Below are positions 1-11,280 of a DNA stretch of 64,000 nucleotides, piece by piece (position 1 is the first letter of the stretch; each line of letters opens with the position of its first letter). The notes beneath the pieces are model-generated. The model searched no databases. It was given only the letters and a program-made list of their open reading frames with translations, and was not told the DNA's origin. This stretch comes from Okamejei kenojei (Eukaryota). Location: contig CM069164.1 in assembly GCA_035221665.1 (NCBI GenBank), forward strand, positions 15,190,001 through 15,254,000. Reading direction: 5' to 3'. Made by a program: the position numbers and the translations under genes.

Positions 1-830
1 TTGCAGATGACAGGATTGCAGCCAGTGTGCAGAGGAGGGAATGAGTAGTTATGGTGCTGGATGGGATGCCAATCAAATTGGCTGCTTTGCTCTGAAGAGC
101 TTCTTCAGAGTTGTGGAGCTACACTCATCCCAGCAAGTTACGAGTGTGCCACCACACTCCTGAATTGTACATTGTAGGTAGAGATTTTGGGGGTATCAGG
201 AGTGAGTTACCTCAGAGGATCCAGTCTCTGGCCTGCTCGTGTAACTAGTGTTTGTAGACGGCTGATCTGGTTGGGTTTGTGGCCAGTGGTGACCTCAGGT
301 TGGTGATGGTGCAGGGCTTAGAAATGGTAATGCTTTTGAAAGTATGTAATTATTGTATGTGATCTCCCTTGTTGAAACAAGTCATTGGCCAGCACGCATG
401 TGTGTGGGAATCTTACTGATCACTTGTCAGCCTGTGTCTGGTGTTGCAGTAATGCAGATATGGACACGTTCATTTGCTGAGCATTGACCATGGTGCAGTC
501 ATCATCAGAATCTCGACATGTGATCTTACGAGGGAAGGGAAGTTGTAAATGGCGGAGATCTCCTGGGGATAGGATGATTGATATCCAACACCACAGCTGA
601 CCTTTTTGTGCAAGAAATGACTCCAAGAATTGAAGTGTTTTCCCCTTGTTGTTCATTAACCCGTTTTACAAGGGATCATAGGGCCACAGTCGATTAATTG
701 CTGCCTTGATATCAAAGGTTGGCACTCATCCACCATCTCTGGAACTCAGCTCTTTAGTCTGCATTTGGACCAAGGCTGTGACGATGTCTGGACCTGAGAG
801 TTTCTTCCTTCAGTGAGCAGGTATCACTTA
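1..830 (-). mobile_element. Decayed CR1-group LINE internal fragment
   Basis: Resembles chondrichthyan CR1-like ORF2 remnants. No intact ORF; recognised by pattern only. Confidence 0.35.
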
Positions 831-3800
831 ACAGTAAAGATGATTCCTTCAGTACAACCAAGTCAGACTGTTGCTTAACTAGACTGTGAAGCAACATGCT
901 AGGTCCCAGATGTGTATAAAGTCAACTTGGCTGTGTCCAAACTCAGTGCCTGATTCAATGCTGACCAATTTTGGTCTGGTTTTATGCTTTCTCTGCTTCA
1001 GTGCGGTGATTACGATGCACCTGAGTGGCTCGCTGGGTGATTTCAGATGGTGATTAAAAGTCAAGCCCATAGTGTGGGTCTGCAGTCAGGGCAGAATGGC
1101 AAAAATACCAGGGAGATGAGGAGGAGAATTTGCTTTGTGCACAAGTTCTTGTGAACTGGAATGCTACGCCTTAAAGGATGATAGAAGAAGATTTAACAGG
1201 GCATTTCTAAAAGGAATTGGATAAATAACAAGGGGGGAAGTTTGCAGAACACGGAACTAGCTGGGGAGTGATCCTTTCCAAAGGGCTGACAGTTGACTGG
1301 TCTCTTTATCGGTTGTACAATCACTTCGATTCTCTGATGTGTTCCATGGGGTTTGGAGGCCTGATATCTGCTGAGAATGAAGGACAATGATCTTCCTTCA
1401 AAGCGCAGGAGAATCTGTAAATTCTACCATTTAAGTTGCCAGCGCTTGTCTTCCCATGGCTTAGCCCCTTCATACTCATACCCATGTCAGCATAATCTTC
1501 TGGCCCCATAACTGCTGACTTCCTCCCACCAGATCCGAGCTCAGCTGCACGTCCCTTTCACACTGCCCTATTCACTCTTCATTCACTGGCTTCCTCTAGC
1601 TTCCGATCAAGGCAAGTTGAGTGTTGTTCATTGTCATATGCACAAATAAGGTGAGGTAAAATGAAAATCTTGCTTGCAGCCGCACCACACAAACAAAAAC
1701 ATAAATGATACATAGCGTAGATATAACATTTTGCAAGGCAGAAGGAAGAAAAGATGGTGCAAGAAAACAAGACATTAATGCCAGACCAAATTAGAAAATC
1801 AAGTCATAGGAAAGATGGCGCTGGAGAGAGGTAACTTAATGCAGGCAGCATGATCTGACAACCTCTCAATTTTAATATTCTTATCACTTTTGAATTCCTC
1901 TCTGGCTTCTCCCTACCACTGCAATTTTTTCCAGTCCTACAACCTCCTGAGATTTTTGTACTACTACAATTATTGCCTCTAGATCATCCTGGATTGTAAC
2001 TGCCCCAACTATGGGTAGCCAAGGCCATTGGCTCTTAATTCCCTCATTGCTTCCTTTAAAAGGGTCCACTGACCAAATTTTCAGTCACCTGTCTTAATAT
2101 CTACTTGCCTGGCTTGGTGCCGGACTTTGGTTTAAATTGCCTTACACTTCATGATTAGACAGGTGATTAGACACTTAAATGCAGCAGTATCCAGAAGCCT
2201 AGAATGATATATAACTGTTGAAAAGCACATTACTAGTCAGTGACTAATTCACCACCTTTTTGGCTATCCAAGATCAGGTAGCAGGAGTGGGCAAGCATTG
2301 ATTCCCAAACTGTGCCGAGTTAATTGACTTCACTTTAAAACTCATTCTCGAGGGTGGTGGTTGCTGACAAGGCTGCCCTCTCCTGCCTGAGTTAAACCTC
2401 CAAACTACACCTGGTGCACTTTGTATGCGGGAGCTTCTCCAGGGAGTCCCTTGGACGCGGATAAGATATTCCATGATACCAACCCAGCACCGAGGAAGGA
2501 ATGCCTGATGTAACTGCACTGTAAGACGCGCCTGAGTTTTGGTGGGGAACTTGGGAGCTGATGGAGTTTCCATCACAATGCTGTGGTCCTCCATTTGCAG
2601 CAGCTACAAATGAGAAAATGAATTTGCTGCAATCTTACCGAGTTGCTGCAGAATAATAGAATAAGGCAATTTTAGATTCAATTAAACTATTGCTGCACAG
2701 AGTTCCTGTACGTGTTTCACCATACAACTGCAATGACACGAATTTCACTGTACTGGATGTAATTAAAATAAACTAGTCAGATTAACATTCTCGCCACGGA
2801 GCCCTGGTTAATATTGATCTGCCAGCACAGTAGTTACAAAATTCAAGTGGCTGTGGGGGCAGAATTTCAAAGATTAGTTCATGGTTTCTCAATTTCTGAT
2901 CTTGAATAGGGAAGGTAAGAGGAGTAAAACACATAAACAAAATGCCATCCAGCCCAATGTGTCAATGCTAGCTCACTGTAATTAGCCCCACGTCCATTCT
3001 TGCCCTCATACATGCTACCGAGGGCCCCTGGCAATCACATATTCTGTAGCGCCAGTGCAAAATCTCTTGATTATGTTTTTTTTAAACCATGTGCTTGGTT
3101 AGCAACAACTGCTGGGATGCCCAAAGCCCTGGGCTTTGTCTTGTGTTGATCTTGGATATCAAACCAGCATGAAAATGCGCAGATCAGGTCAATTCCCATT
3201 AGAATATTGGCATGGGCATTTTAATTACATCCAGTTGGATGTTGGGTGATAGATCAGTAGATCTATGGTCCAAAATGTAGATTTATTTCCTTGAACCAGG
3301 CAGGGTTACAACAATTCCATAGCTTCATGGTTACCTTTAATGATAAGAGTTTATTAGTTTTAGATTTATTTAATTACTACAATGTTGTTTCTCCTGCTGT
3401 ATTATCAATATCAGTAACCATGGAGCAACGGAATTGTTGTAAACCCTGTCTAGTTCAAGGAAGGAAATCTACATTTTAGACTATGGACCTACAAATCTAT
3501 CACCTGACATCTAACTGTCTTCTGAAATGGCCACACCATTGTTCTAATGGGTAATTCATCCAATCTGTGCAGTAGAATTTGAACCAATTTGATCAATACT
3601 CCAGAATTCTATTACTTCAAAGTCACCCTCTGAAGCCAGGAGAGTTGCCCAATGGAGGGACATCGTTGCTAGACCATGGAAAATCCTAACACACGCCTCA
3701 AAAACCCTCCATAGCTGCCTAATGAACCTCTCAGTCTGTACAAAGCAAAGTTGGCAGAGTGCAGTGGTTCAGGGAAGCCCATTCCCAGCAGCTCAAGAGT

Positions 3801-4289
3801 AACTAAAAGTGGCCAATAAATGGCAGCAACCACTGCTCCACAAGAATGAGTTTTAAAGGGAAGTCAGTGAACTCAGCACAGCGAGGGAATCGATGCTTGT
3901 ATATTCCTGATCTTGTACAGCTTAACAGGTGCTGAATTATACACTGACAATAGAGATTCTCCACACTTATTTACAAAAAGAGAAAACATAATTTATGATA
4001 ATAATAGCAAATGACTGGAGTAATCAGATGTTGAACATTATGCAGTGATTATAGATGTACAAGGCTTGGTGCACTCAACACTGTATGAATGTTGTCATCT
4101 TATCGAATGCTGCTGACAATGAGATTCACTCAGAACAAGAAAAACAAACTAGTCAGATGTGATAATTTCAGAGAGACAACACTGTCTGTTCTAAGCATTT
4201 AACGGCTAATATTGAAAATGACTTTACTCCCATAAGTAAAACGAAAATCATTGAATATATTTCAATAACTAACAACACAACAAGAAACA

Positions 4290-4585
4290 AAACATGGTTT
4301 TACATATTGATGGCACCTTTATCGCAAGATGATGCAAAGTACTTCACGATGATGTATCTTTGAAGCTTTATAATGTTGGAAATGCAGAAGGCAATATACA
4401 CACAACAAGCTCCGACAAATGACACTGATAAATGACTCAATAATCTGTTTCACTCCAGCCAACAAAGAATATTGCCAGGCACCTGGCAATCTTCCTTTTG
4501 GTCTTCAAAATACTTGAGAAGACAGATAAGGCCTCCAGTTAATCATCTGAAAGACAGCACCTCTTACAGTGCTGGAGTGGTGCTC
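4290..4585 (-). mobile_element. Deu-domain SINE relic
   Basis: ...aatattgccaggcacctgg...cttcaaaata...gcctccagttaatcatctgaaagacagcacctct... matches the reverse complement of the Deu core also seen at 45200-45530 and 56620-56730. Confidence 0.45.
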
Positions 4586-6685
4586 GTATGTAGATGTAAA
4601 TCCTTCTGTTTTATTCTTTCAATCATTGTCTCCAGGTGAAGAGGCTGACTAGACTGGAGAACACAGCTGAAATAGAGTTTAAATTTAAAAGTGAATATGT
4701 ACAATCCTTACTTTGCAATAATATTTTGACATATGATTAGTTTTGGCAAAAAGGAAAATCTCTAATGGTTTCTGAGGCAGGGATGGAGAATTGACCAGAA
4801 TCTAACCGTCTGTGCGCAGAGGTGTTCAGGACTGCTACCCCTAGCAGTCACAGTGGCTCCATGATCTGTTCACACAGATAGCTCCCTGTATGACTGTGCT
4901 CAGGTATCCCGATATGGAATATAAATATTTAGCAATCTATAAGCCAGGCCAGTAGATTCAAGAACAGCTTCTTCTTTGCTGTTTTCAGACTTGTCAACGG
5001 GCCGTTTGTATGACGAGGATGAATTCCCGATCTTCCTGTGCTATCTGCACATTCGCTGTGGCTGTGACACTATATTCTGCATGTGTTTATTTTCACGTTT
5101 GCAGGACCCCGGTGCACTCATGTATGGTATGGTTTGCCTTGCCTGGACACTACACAAAATAAAGATTTTCACTGTATACATGGCAATAATAAACCAAGAC
5201 CAATATCAGGATAACCACTTCCGTATTCTCTGCCTTTTCAAAAGCTCTTTAAGTCATTTTGATGTTGAAGCCACAACACTGCGTTCACAGGATGCAAGGT
5301 GCCAATTTAGGTGCTAATAAGAATGGGCAGGGCTGAGACAAAATGTCACATTCAACGACAGGCACTGTCAACAACGACAACTTGCATTTATTTTGCAAGG
5401 ACCAAAGCACTTCACAGAAATGATTGTCAAGAGAACACGAACATTGGTGCAGATGCAGTTATATGAATGCAGAAGATATAAAAGCAACTGAGTAAAGGCC
5501 TGGTCAGAGAGGGAAGTTTTAAGGAGAGGTGAAAGCAAAACAGAGGTTTGGAGGGGGGGATTGGGGGCCTAGGTGTGGGTGGGGTAGAGGGGGATGGGGA
5601 TGGAGGCAGGTGGGTGCAACCATTAAATTGGAAATAAAATCCAGAATTGGAAGAGCACTGTAGAGATGTAGGGGGTTGTGCAGGGAGGGGTGTGCTCTCT
5701 GTCGGAACTCCTAACGCATCACAACCAATAAAGTGCTTTCAAAGTTTCATTTCATGTAGGATACATGACAGCCTGCTTCTGCCCACAAGAAGTTCCCAAT
5801 ATACCCAGTAATGAACATAATTGAAGTGGATTGCAGAGCGACTCCCCTGTATATGTTGCCACCAGAGACCAATGGTGTAAACATTCGCAGTTGATTGGGC
5901 AAGGGTCTGTGTGCATATATGCAGTCCACGGTCTCAAACAAGAGTTAGATGTGGGCAGAGACAGGGGCTCCGATCCTTCAGGAATCTGACTCACTCACAT
6001 TCTCTATCCATGAAGGTTGGACAGGTGGCTTCCTCCACATGACTCTCGTTGAATGATATCCTGGATTTATCCTTCCCCCAACAATATCACCTCCCAGCTT
6101 TTCACCCTTTGTCAGCTAACACCCATGCTTATGTGGCCTTGCTTTTCCACAGGCAATTAGAAAGTAAAGGTCCAATATTAAGTGATTGGGTCTTCTTCTT
6201 TCATGTGGCATGCACACCTAAAGTTGTTGGACAACTTACTGATTGGTTGAAGCTTTGCCTTCAGTCAAACAGCGCTTCACCCCAGGTCCCATTGTTTGTA
6301 ATTAATTATCAAAAGTATTCAAACAGAAATGAAAATCTCACTTCTTAAAGCTGCTGCGTTTGCACTTTGATTGTTACTCATGTCGGTTTACCAGTGATTC
6401 CTTCATTACTGGGAATTCTGAAGGTAGGCAATGCTAACCAGCCCTTTTGGAATCCATGTTGTGACCCTGGTCTTAGGGGCAAAATGGTGCAAGTGGAGGA
6501 AGGCCACGATTCAGGGCTTGTGTTCAGTGAGCAGCAGAATGAACTGCAACAAGTTGGCAGAGAGTCGGGACTGAAGGGAACACCATCTACAGCCACAACT
6601 AACAAGTCCCACGGCAATGCGTACCAGACTAAGGCTGAGGCTGAAAGCTTAAGAAGAACTGGGAGAAAACAGGGACACAGTGTTA

Positions 6686-7016
6686 AAGAAGGAACTTGCA
6701 GATGCTGGAAAATCGAGGGTACACAAAATGCTGGAGAAACTCAGTGGGTGCAGCAGCATCTCTGGAGCGAAGGAGATAGGCAACGTTTCGGGCTGAAACC
6801 CTTCTTCAGACTGATGGGGGGTGGGGGGAGGCGGTGGGGGGGGGGGGGGGGAAGAAAGGAAAAAGGAGGAGGAGGAGCCCGAGGGCTGAGGGAGAGGTAG
6901 GAAGGGGAGGAGACAACAAGGGTTAACAGAATTGAGAGAATTCGATGTTCATGCCAAGAGGATGCAGACCCCCCCCAAGCGGAATATGAGGTGCTGTTCC
7001 TCCAATTTGCGGTGTG
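6686..7016 (-). mobile_element. Penelope-like element 3' fragment (GIY-YIG C-terminus, 3' terminal module with hammerhead motif)
   Basis: Minus strand 6927-7014 encodes HRKLEEQHLIFRLG..LHPLGMNIEFSQF. Hammerhead-like CTGAAGA-AGGGTTTCAGCCC-GAAAC-GTT at 6782-6809(-). Confidence 0.8.
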
Positions 7017-9556
7017 GGTCCCTGATCATCATGCAATAAGCCCACCGTCACTGCTGCTTTGTACTGGTGTACCGTCAACAAAGGTACTGCAGTCACAGGT
7101 TATTTCACATAATCTCCTGTGAAATCTCCCTCAATTGCAGGAAGAAATCAGAGCAATAATAAATGTCCAAAAATAGGAACGGAGCTGCCTGGTTAATGTG
7201 CATTTACGATGTAGACCAGACTTGCAGAGGGGAGTGCACTGGCAACAAAAGCACAGTAAACATTCACAACATCTCATGGATTTCTCTAGATACCGCCTCC
7301 ATCACAGCCCTGAGCCTCACCCCTTCAATCCATCAGCCCCATCCCACCTCCAGCTGCCTTCCCCTTCCATCCTGCCACCTTGCCATTCTCTAGTGGGAGT
7401 CAAGGAGCTTACCTCTGTTACACTGTTGCACTTTGCCCTCACCAGGGAGATTTCTCACATCCACATGGACCAGGCAGGGCGAAGCTTCCTTTGCACAGGT
7501 GGCATTGTGAGTAACCTCGATCTCAGCGGGACAGACTGGGTCCTCGCTGCCATAGAACAGCCCTGCTTCACTTGACTGGCCGACTCTAGGTCCTTATGGA
7601 CTAAAGTCCGAGCTAATCCCGTGTTTGTGTTTGTTGTTTTCTTTCAATTTGAAAGAAGAACTTGAATCACTCATATTGTGTGTGTGTGTGTGTCCTTCAA
7701 TATGTCTATATATGTGTATCTATATGTACCTGTGTCTGTGTGTGTTTCAGTATGTGAGCGCATGTGTCTGTCAGTGTTTGTGTGTGTATAGGTGACTCTC
7801 TATCGGAGGCTTTGAGGAAGGGAGATGTAGCCCAGTGGCCGCGTCGCCTTGTTGTGTTCATCGCCCTGGCAGAGGCGTCTGTCGCTCGGTCCTGACCCCC
7901 CCTGCAATGATCTGCAATCACCCTCCCACCCGCAGCCGCCAGACTCCGACAATCCGTCACATTCAGATTAATACGCGCCTGTTTTTTTGATTTATGTGCA
8001 ATCTATATGCGGCGAATCCAGTGGATATTTTAATTTTGTTTCGACTTCTCTAAAAATGAACGGTAATCCCGGAGCGGCAGCTGGCTGCAGTTTGGTGTTT
8101 CACTGACACTGCGGAACATTAATGTGTCAGACATTGACATAAATATTGGAGCCTGAAATAAAGACAACACATAAACAGTGAGACTGCGGACAACGGGGAG
8201 ATGTTTAATTTGGGAATACTTTTGCACACTTGGTTACACAGCGCAGAGGCTCAGTGATATTTAATCAGTGACAGAGGGGGCAGTCGTTAGGTTGTATCGA
8301 TGTGTGACAATCGATCAACAACATTCCCACAGTGAAAGTCTATTCCATAGGGAAATGTCCCCCGTCACCCCCTACAAATGCACGATTGCATCCTCTAGAA
8401 TAAAACACAGCCGCTGTTGATTTAAGTGTTTTGACATCAGTAATAAAAAAATGTAATTGGATATTGAAGGAAAATATATGAGAGGCATCACCGTGCTCGC
8501 TGGAGCGAGGGGTTGCAGGGGCCGCAGTCTCCTCTCGGTACACGAGGAGGCGCTGGTGAGCCCTGCGATTTTGCCCCCTCTGACACGGTAAAAAAAACCC
8601 ACCCCGCTCACGCTCTGCCGCTCACCCACACCCACTCTGCCCAAGAAACAGTTAATTAACTTTGTCTAGTTCGATAAACCTCGCATCTGGCCTGTTGCAT
8701 AATTTATTGATTTGCTCCTTCTTAATATTGGATTCTCAGCAGGAAGAGGCTTCACTTCAAAGATTAATTAAAATTCGCGGATGCTGGGCGCGCTCCCTCT
8801 CGCTCTCCCTTTTCCTTCATTAGCAATCGTGTTGTGACTGATTAACCGGTAAAAATAGACTCTCGCCAAAGCCAACTACCGATTAATTATTCTGAAATTA
8901 CAGGTCCCGGCAAAACATTAGAAATATGCAGTCATTTGTGCAAAAATAAAAGTTGATTTCACGATAATATTAAAGGTGCTTTTCGGTTGTTGCCTGTTGT
9001 TAGCGATATGAAATCCCATTTCTATTATAGATTGAAACTCATTTAAATTGTTGCATTTCCAACCTTTCCCTCTAGTGCGTGTGTTGCTTTGTCTCTGCGG
9101 TAATTGCACTCAGATTATTAGGAAAATAAACAGCCCAATGATCCAGTTGAGGGATTTTACACAGACTGGGATTGCGATAGCTGACACAGCCCGCCCTCGT
9201 GTGAAGACTGGCGCCTTTTAGGCGATGCTCGCTTGGAGCATGTGGGGATCCAGGTGAACCGTGGCTGAGCACTGGGCACCCTGAGCTGGACATGGCCAGT
9301 GGGTATTGAACACTGGGCTCTAGATGAACGGGCACTAGATATGTTAGTGGAAACTGGATATATGACGCCGGGGACCGAACACTGGATGTTATACAGTGGC
9401 CAGTGGGTACTCGATATTGAACGCTGGGGATTGAGCACTGGATAATGAGGAGTTAGTCCTCGACTTCGAACCCTGTACACTGGGTATTGGCCATTGGGTA
9501 TTGAACAGAGGGCTTTTGCGCGCTGGGCTTTGACAGTCAGACTGTTTGCCTCCTAC

Positions 9557-9832
9557 CTGTTTCTCCAAGGATTCCTTGGCGGACAGCGATGGCTTGGGAG
9601 ATGGTGCCCGCTCGCACACACACCCCTCCAGCAAGTAGAGACCCGAGGCTTTCGAGGCGGAATCATTCTCAAAATAAAACAGCATATTCTGGAGCAGGGC
9701 GAACCACTTGTTGTGCCATTTGGTGTTGTCCGAGCTCCGCTTGCTCAGGCAGCCCTTCCTGCTCCCGTCCTTCTTGGCCAGCAGCCCCAGGTAGGAGAGG
9801 TGCCCGTCATTGAGGCGGAGAGCCTTCTGCAT
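9557..9832 (-). CDS. RASGRF1: RASGRF1 (Ras guanine-nucleotide releasing factor 1), first coding exon, N-terminal PH domain
   Basis: ATG at 9832-9830 in context GGCAAGATG. Translates to MQKALRLNDGHLSYLGLLAKKDGSRKGCLSKRSSDNTKWHNKWFALLQNMLFYFENDSASKASGLYLLEGCVCERAPSPKPSLSAKESLEKQ. This closely matches the vertebrate RASGRF1 N-terminus (MQKAIRLNDGH...KWFALLQNLLFYFE...EKQ), not RASGRF2 (MQKSVRYNEGH). Ends at a phase-0 donor CAG|GTAGGA; 276 nt. Confidence 0.96.
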
Positions 9833-9960
9833 CTTGCCGCAGCCGCCGGTACAAGCCTCACATTGCCGCCCGAGCAATTCGCCGAGCCACCAAACTGTAA
9901 TTAGATCAGATTCTCGCCAGAGATGTGCCTCTACATCATTTCCTCTGCGCAGCCCGCACC

Positions 9961-10092
9961 CCTGCCCCTGCCCCTGCCCCTGTCCCTGTCCCTGTCCCTG
10001 CTCCTGCTCCTGCCCCTGTCCCTGTCCCTGCTCCTGCTCCTGCCCCTGTCCCTGCCCCTGTCCCTGCTCCTGTCCCTGCTCCTGCTCCTGCT
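9961..10092. repeat. Hexamer tandem repeat, 22 units of CCTG(CC/TC/CT), in the probable 5' leader of RASGRF1
   Basis: 132 bp of uninterrupted CCTGCC/CCTGTC/CCTGCT units read directly. Confidence 0.95.
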
Positions 10093-10154
10093 CTGAACGG
10101 CGACTCGCAGCCTCCGAACTCCGGCTGCTCGCAGCCCGGGACCCGCGGCACCGC

Positions 10155-10206
10155 GTCACGTGGCGCCGCTGCGGGACAACTTCAGCACCATGGACAGGGC
10201 GGGGGG
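10155..10206. promoter_or_regulatory. E-box (GTCACGTGG, USF/TFE-like) and GC box (GGGCGGGG) flanking the RE1
   Basis: GTCACGTGGC at 10155-10164 and GGGCGGGGGG at 10197-10206, within the CpG-rich promoter. Confidence 0.5.
10181..10201 (+). promoter_or_regulatory. RE1/NRSE (REST-binding element)
   Basis: TTCAGCACCATGGACAGGGCG versus consensus TTCAGCACCNCGGACAGNGCC: both half-sites and canonical spacing, about 350 bp upstream of the ATG of a neuronal gene. Confidence 0.85.
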
Positions 10207-10224
10207 AGACTGGGGGAGAACAGG

Positions 10225-10466
10225 GACACACACACACACACAGAGGCAGTGAGGGTGGGAAGAGACCAGCAATGCAAGAAGCGAGGGTACTGAGAGAGGG
10301 GGCAAGAAATGGGTTATTAGGGAGAAGGGCTAGGGGGTTAGAGCGAGAGAGGATAGAGATAGAAATGGGATGGTGGTCGGATTGGGAGATGGAGGGGTGG
10401 GATAGATTGAGAAAAGGGACAGATTGGGAGAGGAAAATGACATACAGTGAGAAAGGGTGCTGTCTG

Positions 10467-10503
<37 letters not shown>

Positions 10504-10765
10504 AGAGAGAGAGTTGAATGTAGAAGAGAAAGGGAATATTTAGAGAAAGAAGGAGATGGGGAGAATTGGGACGACAGGTAGATGAGAAAAGGGGGAGAGA
10601 GAGAAATAGGAAGAAAGGATAGAAGGAAATGGGAGAGAGAATTGCAGCAAGGAAGTGAGAGATAAGCTAATGATGGGAGGGTAGTGTGGGACAGGATATA
10701 CAGAGATTGAGATGGGACTAGAGGGATAGAGAAGGGAATTAAGATGGATAGAGAGGGGGTAAGAA
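10225..10765. repeat. (CA)n, (GA)n microsatellites and a purine-rich low-complexity tract
   Basis: (CA)n at ~10226-10242, (GA)n at ~10467-10492 followed by a G run, all within ~500 bp of mostly A/G sequence. Confidence 0.85.
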
Positions 10766-10959
10766 TACACTGCAGACTGATTGCCTTGTGACCAAAGGTG
10801 CTCTTTATAAATAGTGCCATAGTGGACAGATGATACAGCACCATTCCACCAGAAATTCATGCATTGCATCTAAGTGGATGTATTTCAACTTCGCTCAGCA
10901 GAGTAAATGGAAGGCAGATCAGCGAACTGCTGCAGTGTAGGAACAAGAGTTTCCGCACC

Positions 10960-11280
10960 TGCATAGCCCATCACTAATTGCCCCTGTACTGAGTTGCTGG
11001 GCCACTGCAATGCACAGTTAACAGGGCAAACTACATTGTCGAGGGTCGGGAACCTGTGGTTGGACTGAACTAGAATGGCAAAGTACACTGGTGAACCAAA
11101 TGAGTTTTAATAACCACGAGGTTTTGTGGTCATCTTTACCAATATTAGGATTTTTTAATTAAAATGTAAAATGTATTTAACTAACTGTATTTAAATTCCT
11201 GCTCTGCCTTTGAGGGACTGCAAGTGGGTTTAGCCCCAGTGCTCTTGACTGCTAGTCGAGTAATGCAGCTTTGCCCAGGT
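10960..11280 (-). mobile_element. Old SINE-like repeat (related copies at ~3400-3560+ and ~35285-35510+)
   Basis: The copies share degenerate blocks of a chondrichthyan SINE-like repeat. Family identity uncertain. Confidence 0.35.

Larger units (their letters stand above)
1..9556 (-). other. RASGRF1: RASGRF1 intron 1 (continues beyond the window start)
   Basis: GT donor at 9556-9555. I found no recognisable exon 2 peptide (HYFTV...DCDEWV-like) in 1-9556. Confidence 0.8.
7800..10240. promoter_or_regulatory. CpG-enriched region over the RASGRF1 promoter, exon 1 and the start of intron 1
   Basis: Visibly higher CpG density than the flanks, strongest at 9560-10210 and patchy at 7830-8900. Not computed. 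Confidence 0.65.

Noticed and set aside
9389-10237. 282-aa ORF as a complete protein
   Set aside because: It starts at GTG in a (TG)n run, includes the hexamer repeat and reads through the splice donor. Only 9832-9557 matches RASGRF1.
9810-10505. Plus-strand Cys/Pro-rich and Pro/Ala-rich ORFs (metallothionein- or keratin-associated-like)
   Set aside because: These are translations of the hexamer repeat, antisense to RASGRF1.
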